A stretch of DNA of 64,000 bases from Macrostomum lignano (Eukaryota), in contig NIVC01000556.1 in NCBI GenBank assembly GCA_002269645.1, positions 1-64,000 on the forward strand, given 5' to 3'. A program made the position numbers and the translations under genes. The notes beneath the pieces are model-generated. The model had not been told where the DNA came from. It ran no database searches and saw only the letters and a program-made list of their open reading frames with translations. How positions within the stretch are numbered: the first letter of the stretch is position 1; every line of letters starts with the position of its first letter. Shown one piece after another: positions 11,047 through 26,700 of this stretch.

Positions 11047-13030
11047 GAGGTTTTCCCGCAAGAGGTTTTCCCGCAAGAGGTTTTCCCGACAGGAGGTTTC
11101 CCCGACAGGAGGTTTCCCCGACAGGAGGTTTCCCCGACAGGAGGTTTCCCCGACAGGAGGTTTCCCCGACAGGAGGTTTCCCCGACAGGAGGTTTCCCCG
11201 GCAGGAGGTTTTCTCTGAAAAGGTTTTCCCACAAGAGTTTTTCCCACAAGAGTTTTTCCCACAAGAGGTTTTCCCGCAAGAGGTTTTCCCACAAGAGGTT
11301 TTCCCACAAGAGTTTTTCCCGCAAGAGGTTTTCCCGCAAGAGGTTTTCCCACAAGAGTTTTTCCCGCAAGAGGTTTTCCCACAAGAGGTTTTCCCACAAG
11401 AGTTTTTCCCGCAAGAGGTTTTCCCGCAAGAGGTTTTCCCACAAGAGTTTTTCCCGCAAGAGGTTTTCCCGCAAGAGGTTTTCCCACAAGAGTTTTTCCC
11501 GCAAGAGGTTTTCCCGCAAGAGGTTTTCCCGCAAGAGGTTTTCCCACAAGAGTTTTTCCCGCAAGAGGTTTTCCCGACAGGAGGTTTTCCCGACAGGAGG
11601 TTTCCCCGACAGGAGGTTTCCCCGACAGGAGGTTTCCCCGACAGGAGGTTTCCCCGACAGGAGGTTTCCCCGACAGGAGGTTTCCCCGACAGGAGGTTTC
11701 CCCGACAGGAGGTTTCCCCGACAGGAGGTTTCCCCGACAGGAGGTTTCCCCGACAGGAGGTTTCCCCGGCAGGAGGTTTTCTCTGAAAAGGTTTTCCCAC
11801 AAGAGTTTTTCCCACAAGAGTTTTTCCCACAAGAGGTTTTCCCGCAAGAGGTTTTCCCACAAGAGTTTTTCCCACAGGAGATTTACCGACAAGAGGTTTT
11901 CCCGCAGGAGATTTACCGACAAGAGGTTTTCCCACAAGAGTTTTTCCCACAAGAGGTTTTCCCGCAAGAGGTTTTCCCGACAGGAGGTTTCCCCGACAGG
12001 AGGTTTCCCCGACAGGAGGTTTCCCCGACAGGAGGTTTCCCCGACAGGAGGTTTCCACGACAGGAGGTTTCCACGACAGGAGGTTTCCCCGACAGGAGGT
12101 TTCCACGACAGGAGGTTTCCACGACAGGAGGTTTCCCCGACAGGAGGTTTCCACGACAGGAGGTTTCCACGACAGGAGGTTTCCCCGACAGGAGGTTTCC
12201 ACGACAGGAGGTTTCCACGACAGGAGGTTTCCCCGGCAGGAGGTTTTCTCTGAAAAGGTTTTCCCACAAGAGTTTTTCCCACAAGAGTTTTTCCCACAAG
12301 AGTTTTTCCCACAAGAGTTTTTCCCGCAAGAGGTTTTCCCACAAGAGGTTTTCCCGCAAGAGGTTTTCCCGCAAGAGGTTTTCCCGCAAGAGGTTTTCCC
12401 ACAAGAGGTTTTCCCGCAAGAGGTTTTCCCGCAAGAGGTTTTCCCACAAGAGTTTTTCCCACAAGAGGTTTTCCCGCAAGAGGTTTTCCCGCAAGAGGTT
12501 TTCCCGCAAGAGGTTTTCCCGCAAGAGGTTTTCCCGCAAGAGGTTTTCCCGCAAGAGGTTTTCCCGCAAGAGGTTTTCCCGCAAGAGGTTTTCCCGCAAG
12601 AGGTTTTCCCACAAGAGGTTTTCCCGCAAGAGGTTTTCCCGCAAGAGGTTTTCCCGCAAGAGGTTTTCCCGCAAGAGGTTTTCCCACAAGAGGTTTTCCC
12701 ACAAGAGTTTTTCCCACAAGAGTTTTTCCCACAAGAGTTTTTCCCACAAGAGTTTTTCCCACAGGAGATTTACCGACAAGAGGTTTTCCCGCAGGAGATT
12801 TACCGACAAGAGGTTTTCCCAGTGCAGATTTACCGACAAGAGGTTTTCCCAGTGCAGATTTACCAACAAGAGGTTTTCCCAGTGCAGATTTACCGACAAG
12901 AGGTTTTCCCACAGGAGGCTTCCCCACAAGAGGTTTTCCCATAGAAGGTTTCCCCGCTGGAGGTTCTTCCACAGAAGGTTTTCCTACAGGAGGTTTTCCC
13001 GCAAGGGTATTTCCGCAGGAGGTTTTCCGC
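11047..13030. repeat. Mixed 15/16-bp minisatellite (GAGGTTTTCCCRCAA; GGAGGTTTCCCCGACA) with higher-order blocks
   Basis: About 2 kb of tandem units. The landmark TTCTCTGAAA recurs at 11211, 11779 and 12246. Units degenerate at the right edge. Confidence 0.97.
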
Positions 13031-13599
13031 CGGTTTGCACTGTCCTGTTGATCTTGCAAACTTCGACGAATAGCTCATATAGACCCGGGTTTGACGGGCT
13101 CCTGAGCTCTAAATTGATTATAAATTTTTCAAATGAGATTTCTTATTTTTAATAACCACTATATAGAAGAAGTAAAATTAAAAAAGTGAATTGAATTTCC
13201 AGTTCGAGCACGGGTTTAGCTTTTCGACAGGCTATTGTTAATCAGCATGATGTTCCCAACCGATCGTGACTGATTGATTCAACTTGGCCAATCGTTTTTT
13301 TTATTAAAATTTGACATTTAGCCCAAACTTAGTGCAACCGTGATCAGAGCTTTGTCCTGCCTTCATCAGAGAGTTTTTCTAAAGCAAAATTAAACAATAA
13401 GCTATTCTTTTGTGGCGCTAAATAATTGCAGAAACAATTTTATTTAGCTTAGAAAAAACGCTTTGCATTCTTTGTTCAGCACGCACGAAGCTGAGTTCAC
13501 TTCCTATTCTTTGCACTCTCATTGTAATTAGGCTTGACTTGAAGCTTAATAAAATACTAATGAGACAGCTCTCTCCTGTCTCGCCCCAAATGTGTTCTC

Positions 13600-14390
13600 T
13601 TATCTTTCTCTAATCTCAGTCTAATCTCTCTCTTATCTCAATCTTATTTCTCTCTTATCTCAATCTAATCTCTCTTATCTCGATCTAACCTCTCTCTCAT
13701 CTCAATCTAATCTCTCTCTGATCCCAGTCTAATGTCTCTCTGATCCAAGTCTAATCTTTCGCTAATTTAAATCTAATCTCTCTGATCTCAATCTATTCTC
13801 TCTGATCCAAATCCATTATCTCTCTTATCTCAATCTAATCTCTCTCTCTGATCCCAGTCTAATATCTCCGATCTCAATCTAATCTCTCTGATCTCCCTCA
13901 GTCTAGTCTCTCTCTAATTCCAGTCCAATCTCTCTGATCGCACTCTAATCTCTCTCTGATCTCACTCTAATCTCTCTCTGATCTCTCTCTGATCTCACTC
14001 TAATCTCTCTGATCTCACTCTAATCTCTCTGATCTCACTCTAATCTCTCTGATCTCACTCTAATCTCTCTGATCTCACTCTAATCTCTCTGATCTCACTC
14101 TAATCTCTCTGATCTCACTCTAATCTCTCTCATCTCAGCCTAGTCTCTCTCTAATTCCAGTCTAATCTCTCTTATCTCACTCTAATCTCTCTGATCTCAC
14201 CCTAATCTCTCTGATCTCAGTCTAGTCTCTCTCTGATCTGACTTTAATCTGTCTCTCTTTCTGATCTGAGCCTAATCTCTCTCTAATCCCAGTCTAATCT
14301 CAATCTAACCTCTCTCTGATCTTTTTCTGATTTGTCTTTGATCTCATTCTGATCTCTCTGATTTCACTCTCTCATTTATAAATCTCATAT
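13600..14390. repeat. Pyrimidine-rich ~20-bp minisatellite (TCTAATCTCTCTGATCTCAC)
   Basis: Perfect core at about 13990-14130 with degenerate flanks. Confidence 0.9.
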
Positions 14391-14942
14391 ATCTAATTTT
14401 ATGTTATCGTTTATACATTTCATAAAATTCTCCCTCAGCACAATTCATTATTACAGCCGCCTCCCCCATATTTTAACAAAAGCAAGCCGCAGCTCACAAA
14501 ATGTACATATTTTTGCTTGTGAAACCACACCAGACTCATGCGAAACGCAAACTATGATTTTATACAGCAGCCCTACTGTGTCCCATCTGTCAGACAGATT
14601 CGATTGAATGTTTAAAGCCGACGCGGAAAACAATCTGGTGCGCAGTTTCGCGTGTGTGTCTATTTAGCTAAGCAAGACTGAATTCCCGGCCGTCTGATTT
14701 GCTATGCATTTCTGCTTTTCTGTTCTGTTTTCCCGCTCTCTCTTTCGCTGGCTCACCTCACAAACTGCAGCTCTGGATTCATTTTTTATTCAGCTGCGCA
14801 AGGCGAGAAACAGCGCGTTGATACGTGTCGGATGTGACCTGAGATGACCCGAGCGCGTGTTTTGCCTCTAGGAGCGGCACCCTGCTTTTACTAAAAGCAG
14901 ATAATATCTGATTTCCAATGAGATGCTAAATTATGCTAATGC

Positions 14943-14994
14943 TACTACTAGTACTACTACTACTACTACTAGTACAGTACTACTACTAGTACAG

Positions 14995-15072
<78 letters not shown>

Positions 15073-15095
15073 TAATACTACTACTACTACTACTG

Positions 15096-15134
<39 letters not shown>

Positions 15135-15164
15135 TACGAATACTACTACTACTACTAATACTAC

Positions 15165-15195
<31 letters not shown>

Positions 15196-15196
15196 G

Positions 15197-15229
<33 letters not shown>

Positions 15230-15234
15230 ATACT
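14943..15234. repeat. (TAC)n microsatellite
   Basis: Trinucleotide run with few interruptions. Confidence 0.97.
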
Positions 15235-15535
15235 CAATAATCAATATTGCTACTACGTCACTGCCATTTAAAGATATTTTTGACGGTTTTTTAGCGTGTA
15301 AATCCTCAGCTGCTACCCCACACTCTCGACTGGGTGTCTGAAATGATTTGATAGTCAACAGTTCTTTACTAAAAAGTGGATAAAAAATCCCAGAAATCGG
15401 ATTTAAGTAGAAAAAATTGTGGAATTCAAGCTTGATTGACAGTCTTAGAAAGTTTCACTTTAGAAATCAGGGAGCGTTTGTACTTTCGTTTAGTTCAATT
15501 CATACAGGCGGATCTTTGCAAATAGAGACACCGCT

Positions 15536-16925
15536 CAAATACAGACATCTGGGTTCAAATACAGACATCTGGGTTCAAATACAGACATCTGGGTTCAAAT
15601 ACAGACATCTGGGTTCAAATACAGACATCTGGGTTCAAATACAGACATCTTGGTTCAAATACAGACATCTTGGTTCAAATACAGACATCTTGGTTCAAAT
15701 ACAGACATCTGGGTTCAAATACAGACATCTGGGTTCAAATACAGACATCTTGGTTCAAATACAGACATCTGGGTTCAAATACAGACATCTTTGTTCAAAT
15801 ACAGACATCTGGGTTCAAACACAGATATCTGGGTTCAAATACAGACATCTTTGTTTAAATACAGACATCTGGGTTCAAATACAGACATTTGGGTTCAAAC
15901 ACAGACATCTTGGTTCAAATACAGACATATGGGTTCAAATACAGACATCTGGGTTCAAATACAGACATCTGGGTTCAAATACAGACATCTGGGTTCAAAC
16001 ACAGACATCTGGGTTCAAATACAGACATCTGGGTTCAAATACAGACATCTGGGTTCAAATACAGACATCTGGGTTCAAACACAGACATCTGGGTTCAAAT
16101 ACAGACATCTGGGTTCAAATACAGACATCTGGGTTCAAATACAGACATCTGGGTTCAAATACAGACATCTGGGTTCAAATACAGACATCTGGGTTCAAAT
16201 ACAGACATCTTTGTTTAAATACAGACATCTTTGTTTAAATACAGACATCTGGGTTCAAATACAGACATCTGGGTTCAAATACAGACATCTGGGTTCAAAT
16301 ACAGACATCTGGGTTCAAATACAGACATCTTTGTTCAAATACAGACATCTGGGTTCAAACACAGACATCTGGGTTCAAATACAGACATCTGGGTTCAAAT
16401 ACAGACATCTTTGTTTAAATACAGACATCTGGGTTCAAATACAGACATTTGGGTTCAAACACAGATATCTTGGTTCAAATACAGACATCTGGGTTCAAAT
16501 ACAGACATCTGGGTTCAAATACAGACATCTTTGTTCAAATACAGACATCTGGGTTCAAATACAGACATCTGGGTTCAAATACAGACATCTGGGTTCAAAT
16601 ACAGACATCTGGGTTCAAATACAGACATCTGGGTTCAAATACAGACATCTGGGTTCAAATACAGACATCTTTGTTTAAATACAGACATCTTTGTTTAAAT
16701 ACAGACATCTGGGTTCAAATACAGACATCTGGGTTCAAATACAGACATCTGGGTTCAAATACAGACATCTGGGTTCAAATACAGACATCTTTGTTTAAAT
16801 ACAGACATCTGGGTTCAAATACAGACATCTGGGTTCAAATACAGACATCTGGGTTTAAATACAGACATCTGGGTTCAAATACAGACATCTGGGTTCAAAT
16901 ACAGACATCTGGGTTTAAATACAGA
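15536..16925. repeat. 20-bp minisatellite (CAAATACAGACATCTGGGTT), about 70 copies
   Basis: Strict 20-bp periodicity; it aligns in columns in the 60-nt lines. Confidence 0.98.
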
Positions 16926-17319
16926 AATACTCGAACACGGTGACCAGTCTATTGTTCCTCTCACTATAAGGCAATAATCAAAGGATGATATAAAAGAAAT
17001 CCCACAGACATTGCACAAGCAGCAAGGCTGCCACGCCCATAAAATTTATAACCTGGATTTGATGACGCACAGTTTTGTTATTAGCTGAGGGTTATTTTTG
17101 TGCCAACCCGTGAACCGGGTCTTCTGCACGCTCGCAGAAAGGGATGTTTGGCCAATGGGGTAGTTTGTACTTTTACTGTCAGATATGCGAAGCAATACAA
17201 ATGCCACAGCTGGCTTTTGGGGATAATTAATTAGACAGAAGAATGTTGCAGAAATAATCTCCAATGCAGGTGTTCTTGAATAGGGAAATATATTTTAATT
17301 AATAGCTCAATGCCGTCTC

Positions 17320-18200
17320 ATTGGTATCTCATTCATATATCATTGGTATTTCATTGGTATCTCATTGGTATCTCATTCATATATCATTGGTATCTCATTG
17401 GTATCTCATTGGTATCTCATGCATATATCATTGGTATCTCATTGGTATTTCATTGACATCTCATTGATATCTCATCGGTATCCCATTGGTATCTCATTGA
17501 CATCTCATTAGTATCTCATTGATATCTCATTGATATCTCATTGACATCTCATTAGTATCTCATCGGTATCCCATTGGTATCTCATTGACATCTCATTAGT
17601 ATCTCATTGATATCTCATTGATATCTCATTGGTATCTCATTGGTATCTCATTGGTATCTCATGCATATATCATTGGTATTTCATTGGTATCTCATTGGTA
17701 TCTCATTCATATATCATTGGTATTTCATTGGTATCTCATTGGTATCTCATGCATATATCATTGGTATTTCATTGGTATCTCATTGGTATCTTATTCATAT
17801 ATCATTGGTATTTCATTGGTATCTCATTGGTATCTCATTCATATATCATTGGTATTTCATTGGTATCTCATTGGTATCTCATGCATATATCATTGGTATT
17901 TCATTGGTATCTCATTGGTATCTCATGCATATATCATTGGTATTTCATTGGTATCTCATTGGTATCTCATTCATATATCATTGGTATTTCATTGGTATCT
18001 CGTTGGTATTTCATTCATATATCATTGGTATTTCATTGGTATCTCATTGGTATCTCATTCATATATCATTGGTATTTCATTGACATCTCATTGATATCTC
18101 ATTAGTATCTCATTGATATCTCATTGATATCTCATTGGTATCTCATTCATATACCATTGGTATCTCATTGGTATCTCATTGATATCTCATTGGTGTTTCA
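17320..18200. repeat. 11-bp minisatellite (TCATTGGTATC) with higher-order variants
   Basis: Tandem TCATTGGTATC/TCATTGGTATT/TCATTCATATA units. Confidence 0.95.
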
Positions 18201-18942
18201 TTGACAACTCATGGGTGTCTCATTGATTTAATGACTAACTCAAAACAGAATGATGGCCTCAGTTTAGGTTGGAGACAAAATCCTTTGTTTCTAAGTTGTT
18301 TTATTGTGAATATCTATAATTGCTCTGCCCACATATTGTGGACACGCAATCAAAGCAGACCCTCAGGCAAAACCTGGAAAACACCGACCAATGCCTGGTT
18401 TCTATCTGACAGGCAGTCAAAAGATAAAACGCGATTAAAGCAAACAGGAAATTGAAGCCTTGAGGCTCAGACGAATGACCTGAATACGGGATAAAAGAGG
18501 TAGCGGTGATTCTAGAGAATAATTATTATCTGCAAATGATTGAACAACAACAACCGTGTGTACTGAAATGAAAGAAAGCCTCAGATGAAATGAAAAAATA
18601 AGGAAGGGCAAGACCAACTCGAACAGTTTAGATGAAAAACAAAGTCGTAATTCAGCGCACACTTGTACTTTAACAAATAGTTAAATCTTTTTTTCAGATT
18701 GACAAAAATAGATTATTGTTGCGGAAATAAAACTCATAAGAATAGTCATGCGAATGTTGCCAGGCAGTTGGGCTTACTTGAGAGACAAGAATGTCATGAC
18801 TGGGACACGGCCGCATTGCAGGGAAATCCTCACTTCCCCTTTCTGACAACTGACAATACAAGCTGGCAGGTAGAAGGGAAAGCATTTGACATTTTGACCA
18901 GGAAGAAAATTTTTTTTGAGACCAATAAACTGAGTTACCGCT

Positions 18943-19914
<972 letters not shown>

Positions 19915-20241
19915 CTTACAGAGTCTTCAGTTTCTAAAGTATACACTTAAAAGACTAAACAAACAAAAAATAACTAATTCGCATCGAATAAATACACTCT
20001 ATAAAATACAATATAAAATTCTCTTTGTGGTCATTTTGTTTAATCGCGTGTGCATTTGTAGCAGCTACGAGTATATTGGATTTATATTGTAAGAACAATA
20101 AGACAAAAGGAACGAGCGAACACTACACAGCATGCATTTTACGGCGACAATGCAGACAAAATCAATAGTAATGTTTCCACCTAGAGATAGATATTGATTC
20201 TCCTATATAAGCTGGTATTCGGGCATCTGAAAAGTCGATAC

Positions 20242-22963
20242 TCAAGCCCTCCCTCCACCAGGACCCTCGCCGCGGCCGCCGCCTGCGGCCCTGTTAGCGA
20301 ACGCCTTACGGACGTAGTGCTGAAACACCCTGCTGAGGCTCCAGTATAGAAAGGGGCAGAGGGCGCTGTGCAGATAGATGAGCGCCTGGCTGTATGGATA
20401 AACAGCTAGCAGCGGGCTGCTCAAGTCCGACGGACTCTTCAGTATGAAGTCCTGCAGCAGGATGATCAGATCTTTCGGAAACCAGCAGCAGAAGAACAGC
20501 GTCACGAGCACGACAACCGTTTTCACTGTGCGTTTCTGCAGCTTCCTAGTTTGATAGGCCGGCGACCTGGACGATGCCAGAGTGTTGAGCTGTCGGCTGC
20601 CACTCAGACGGCTGCCACCGGCCATCAGGCGAGCCGTGGCCATCACGGACGTCTGATTGGTGGTCAGCGGCGGCTCGACTCCCGGCAGTTCGACGGCTTC
20701 AGCTCCCTCCTCCGCCACGGCCGCTTCCCGTTGTTGGCTTCTTGTTGTGGGATTCTTAGTCAGCCTGGTGAACTGCCGGGAGATGAAGCGGGCAGTGAAG
20801 CCGTAGGAGAAAGTCAGCACGATGCAGGGAGACAGGAACAGAATGAGCAGCAAGTAGGCTGAGTAGGCCTTCTGTCCGGCCGAGTTGCTGCGGTCTTCCG
20901 AGCACACGAAGTAGACTCGATCTGTGGCATTCTTGCCTACTCCAGGAATCGGCACTTCCGCCAATTTGAAAGCAAACAGAGCCGGAAGTGAGACTACGAG
21001 AGCGCTTAGCCAGGTGCCGGCTACCAGGATGCGAAGTCCTCGAGTCGAAGTCTGAGTTGGCGGAATCATTAGGGCGCTTTGGCGAGCGCGAAGGATGGCG
21101 ATGGAGGCCAGGGAGAAACTGTTGACGCTGAGAGCCAAGCCTGAGGGGGGGTGAGGATTGGCTTCTGAAGTGGCACATCATCGGGTCTAGATCTATTATA
21201 AGTGGCACATCATCGGGTCTAGATCTATTATAAGTGGCACATCATCGGGTCTAGATCTATTATAAGTGGCACATCATCGGGTCTAGATCTAATAGAAGTG
21301 GCACCTCATCGGGTCTAGATCTACTATAAGTGGCACATCATCGGGTCTAGATCTAATAGAAGTGGCACATCATCGGATCTAGATCTAATAGAAGTGGCAC
21401 ATCATCGGGTCTAGATCTAATAGAAGTGGCACATCATCGGGTCTAGATCTAATAGAAGTGGCACATCATCGGGTCTAGATCTAATATGAATGGCACATCA
21501 TCGGGTCTAGATCTAATATGAATGGCACATCATCGGGTCTAGATCTAATATGAATGGCACATCATCGGGTCTATATCTAATAGAAGTGGCACATCATCGG
21601 GTCTAGATCTAATAGAAGTGGCACATCATCGGGTCTAGATCTAATAGAAGTGGCACATCATCGGGTCTAGATCTAATATAAGTGGCACATCATCGGGTCT
21701 AAATCTAATAAGTGGTCCCTTACTGAGCCTGGCTCAACCTGCAAAAACAATTCAAGCAAGATTAACGCGCGAAGGACCAAGAAACCGACCTTGTTAAATA
21801 TTTAGCTGACTTCTCCGGTTCCAGATGGTTCAGTAGCAGTCAGGGTAAAATGAAAACTAATTACCTTAGGAGGCTGCTTTATTTGTCATGATGAAGACAG
21901 GTGTGAAAGTTTTTTTCTCTAGACAGTGTCTGACTAATGGCTCTGCAATTAATCATCTGTTGTCGCCCGGTAGATACTTTTAGCCAGATCCCATCTCACT
22001 TAAATCTTTTAGCATCTTAGACTCAACGTGAAAATGAGTTAGCTAAAATCTATAATGCAAAGCGAAGATTTGTGCTTTGCACTGAATATTCAGAAAATTG
22101 GACTATATACTCGTGGGTTTAAAAAATATGGGTTTTGACTTCTCAGCCTTGAAATCTCAGCAATTCCCTCAGTAAGCCTTTAAATCTTACCAATGCCCCC
22201 AGTAAGCCTTTAAATCTTACCAATGCCCCCAGTAAGCCTTTAAATCTCAGCAATTCCCCCAGTAAGCCTTGACATCTTAACAATTCCCCCAATGAATGTT
22301 TTCATGTTCTACGGCTCGTTCATGTTCTTTTGTTGTTTTGGAAATAATGCTTCTTTTGTTTCACTTTTTGGCCTTTACAGTGCATTCCAGTGCAGCGAAA
22401 CAATGCATATCGTACAAAAACATTATTAATTAAAAATAAACATTCGCAGGACATAACACCTTCGAAGACATCGTCCCGCAATCTGGCCTGACGGCAATTC
22501 TGCCCAGACCGCTGACTCCTGAGAACATGCAAGCCCGCCAATACTGTACGCAGTCACTCACTCATTCAACACGCTCACGCAAGGTGTACAGAGGTCCTTT
22601 TTTGAATTTCTAATTCAAGCCTCCCAGTCTACCTTCAATGAAGCTGACCAGCCGGCATCCTGCCAGACCGAAGCGCCAAGTCGTGTAGAACACTTTCACG
22701 GTAGACACTGGCAGGCAGGTACACGTGACCAGCAGGTTGGAGCCCGCCAAGCTCATCATGATGTACGATATGTGCCGTCGTAGTCCTCGATAGCGGAAGC
22801 TCAGAAACAGGAAGAAGCCGTTTCCGCATAGAGACAGCAGGGCAATGACAGAGTAGATGGACACCAGTGCGACATCGGATCCATTCAACACTCTACGGCC
22901 GTAGATTTGGTCGTGCAGCATGTCCATGAGCAGTTGCTGGGTGAAGTTCTGATCGGGCTCCAT
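20242..22963 (-). CDS. Rhodopsin-like (class A) peptide GPCR, CCK/orexin/QRFP-receptor-like, about 409 aa; exons 22963-22633 and 21140-20242
   Basis: Seven hydrophobic segments: TM1 GN, TM2 LAGSNLL, ECL1 WRFG..C, TM3 SLASIAILRA, TM4 W, TM6 FFCCWFP, TM7 HSALCPFLY. The phase-1 splice GAAG|GTAGAC...CCCCCTCAG|GCTTG joins LVSFIE-G-LALSVNS in frame. The start Met (MEPDQNFT) is inferred. Confidence 0.9.
21167..21712. repeat. 32-bp minisatellite (AAGTGGCACATCATCGGGTCTAGATCTAATAG) in the GPCR intron
   Basis: About 17 tandem copies ending about 25 nt from the splice acceptor. Confidence 0.95.
22170..22290. repeat. Short ~30-bp tandem repeat (AGTAAGCCTTTAAATCTTACCAATGCCCCC)
   Basis: About 4 copies. 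Related degenerate units occur at about 43250-43370. Confidence 0.7.
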
Positions 22964-23049
22964 GCTCTCTGACTTGCAGTTTGATTGTGTTAACAACTGA
23001 AAATTGGAGTTAAAGTTCATGTAAAAATGTCTGAAATTGGGTGCCACCT

Positions 23050-23600
23050 ACTGTCTTAAATTAAGCGAAATTTTCTCAAATATTGGGCGCCTCTGTCTTA
23101 AATTGGGCACCGCTGTCTTAAATTGGGCGCCCCTGATAGATAATAGATAGATAGTCTTAAATTGGGCGCCACTGTCTTAAATTTGGCGCCACTGTCTTAA
23201 ATTTGGCGCCACTGTCTTAAATTTGGCACCACTGTCTTAAATTGGGCACCACTGTCTTAAATTGGGCACCACTGTCTTAAATTGTCTTAAATTGGGCGCC
23301 ATTGTCTTAAATTGAGCGCCATTATCTTAACTTGGGCGCTACTGTCTTAAATTGTCTTAAATTGGGCGCTACTGTCTTAAATTGTCTTAAATTGGGCGCT
23401 ACTGTCTTAAATTGTCTTAGATTGGTTGCTATTGTCTTAGACTGGGCGCTATTGTCTAAAATTGGGCGCCATTGTCTTAAATTGGGAGCCATTGTCTTAA
23501 ATTGAAATTGGGAGCCATTGTATCAAATTGGGCGCCATTGTCTTAAATTGTGCTAAATTGGACGCCATTGTATTAAATTGGGCAAAACTTTCTCAAATAT
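23050..23600. repeat. 20-bp minisatellite (AAATTGGGCGCCACTGTCTT)
   Basis: Tandem degenerate copies upstream of the GPCR start. Confidence 0.92.
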
Positions 23601-24344
23601 AGTATGCCTCTGTCTTGAATTACGCGCCACTGTCCTAAACTGAGCGCTATTAGAAGCCTGAGTCTAAAAGAACACCAGCTACAAGCAGCCAAATGCAGTG
23701 TACATCTGCAACGAGATGTACACTGCAAACGAGAAAACGAGAAAACGAGAGACTAAAATTCTTTAAAAAAATAGAATCCCGCACACTTGGACAGCCTCTA
23801 CTTTACTATGCAGCGAAGCAATCATCTTCACCTTTTCTTACTCTCTCTCTCCAGCTTCCTTCCTTCTGGATAAGCGATTTTTTAGCAACCTTTCACCTGT
23901 CAATCAAAAAAGCGCAGATGAAAAATTTGCTTACCTTAAACCGCGAACCGGGCTTATAGCAGTTGGATAAATTCGACAGGCGTTTTATATGCGCCAGATT
24001 GCTGCCCTAGCGACTTCTTATGTAAGGGCGGAGGCGGCTTGTTGGTTGTGCATGGGGTGTGCGTGCAGCCTAGACAAGGACCTCTATCTCTCTATCGCCA
24101 TTGGCTGAGATCGCTTCTAATCCATTCTCATTACCTGCCATTAAACCCGCTGCTGTAGCTGTCTAGCGGGAGTAATATCGATTTATGCATGTGGCTCGTG
24201 TTTATGCTTTATGATGGGCCTGTCTATAATACGGTCCTTATGTCTCAGTTCGCACAGATATTCAAGTTAGAGCCATTTTGCAGTATTTTGTGGATTACTA
24301 CTCGTAAAAGTGAACATGTGGACTGCTTCCACCGTTAGTTACGA

Positions 24345-25040
24345 GTATTTACCAGTCCTTGGAGCTGCACCCAATGCAGTGGAGATAATCATGCTTCCCA
24401 GTGGTTATTTACCAGTCCTTGGAGCTGCACCCAATGCAGTGGAGATAATCATGCTTCCCAGTGGTTATTTAGCAGTCCTTGGAGCTGCACCCAATGCAGT
24501 GGAGATAATCATGCTTCCCAGTGGTTATTTAGTAGTCCTTGGAGCTGCATCCAATGCAGTGGAGATAATCATGCTTCCCAGTGGTTATTTACCAGTCCTT
24601 GGAGCTGCACCAAATGCAGTGGAGATAATCATGCTTCCCAGTGGTTATTTAGCAGTCATTAGAACTGCACCAAATGCAGTGGAGATAATCATGCTTCCCA
24701 GTGGTTATTTAGCAGTCATTAGAACTGCACCAAATGCAGTGGAGATAATCATGCTTCCCAGTGGTTATTTAGCAGTCCTTGGAGCTGCACCCAATGCAAT
24801 GGAGATAATCATGCTTCCCAGTGGTTATTTAGCAGTCCTTGGAGCTGCACCAGATGCAGTGGAGATAATCATGCTTCCCAGTGGTTATTTAGCAGTCCTT
24901 GGAGCTGCACCAGATGCAGTGGAGATAATCATGCTTCCCTGTGGTTATTTAGCAGTCCTTGGAGCTGCACCAAATGCAGTGGAGATAATCATGCTTCCCA
25001 GTGGTTATTTAGCAGTCCTTGGAACTGCACCAAATGCAGT
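24345..25040. repeat. 60-bp minisatellite, about 11.5 copies
   Basis: Identical 60-nt lines: GGAGCTGCACCCAATGCAGTGGAGATAATCATGCTTCCCAGTGGTTATTTAGCAGTCCTT. Confidence 0.97.
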
Positions 25041-25775
25041 GAGTTGAGACAATAACGCTGCCCGTTAGTTGCTGTCACAAAAATAATTGAAGGCGATTTG
25101 CTCTCGTCAGATCAAAGTAGTCCATGACATCGAATTTTAATTAAATTAATCAAAAATAATTCTCTTCTTTTAATTACTTTGCTCGAATAATTGCTTCGAA
25201 AGGTGAGAAACAAAGGAGCGACTACAAAGCTCTTTGTCCTTTGGCATTATCGAAAAATTAAGAGGACTCTGTGTCTCTGACGCACGCGATGCAGCATCTC
25301 GAAATTACAGTTGGGACCCTTGGGAGGGCACGCGAGCAGGGCAAAAGACGGCTAGCCCTGACAAGTCCAAGTAAACACCCCACTACACCCGCTACACCTT
25401 CCATAGACTTCCATACCTACTGAAGTGAAAGCGGCACTCTTAAAGGTGGAATGGTGCGGGATAGCCAGGTTACTAGCTCGTATGATTATTCCCAATTACT
25501 ATGCTATAGTTTTGCCAGAAAAATTATTAACTAGCTTCTATTCATCATGTGTTTCCAATCTATTTTTATAGACTGCAAACATATCAAATATTATCATGCA
25601 GCTATATATAGATTACATATTGATAATCATTCTCATGTTTTCCTGATGAAAACTGACCTGCTGCTGCTCAGTTGACTCGGAGCTCGCTGAATGAAAACAG
25701 GGACTCATCAGAGCAATAAATATGAAACAGAAGCGCACTGAAAGCGACTGAAAAGACAGTTAGTTAGACAGACAC

Positions 25776-26700
<925 letters not shown>

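Noticed and set aside
10951-13078. 702-aa and overlapping GKPLA/ENLL repeat ORFs
   Set aside because: Translations of the 15/16-bp minisatellite; open in several frames at once, with no splice or codon evidence.
15417-18105. VQIQTSGFKYRHLG and ISLVSHWYL repeat ORFs
   Set aside because: Artefacts of the 20-bp and 11-bp arrays.
24310-25047. 245-aa ORF of 20-aa repeats (LPVLGAAPNAVEIIMLPSGY)
   Set aside because: A 60-bp unit keeps frame automatically. There is no ATG context, unique domain or splice support, so it is treated as a minisatellite.
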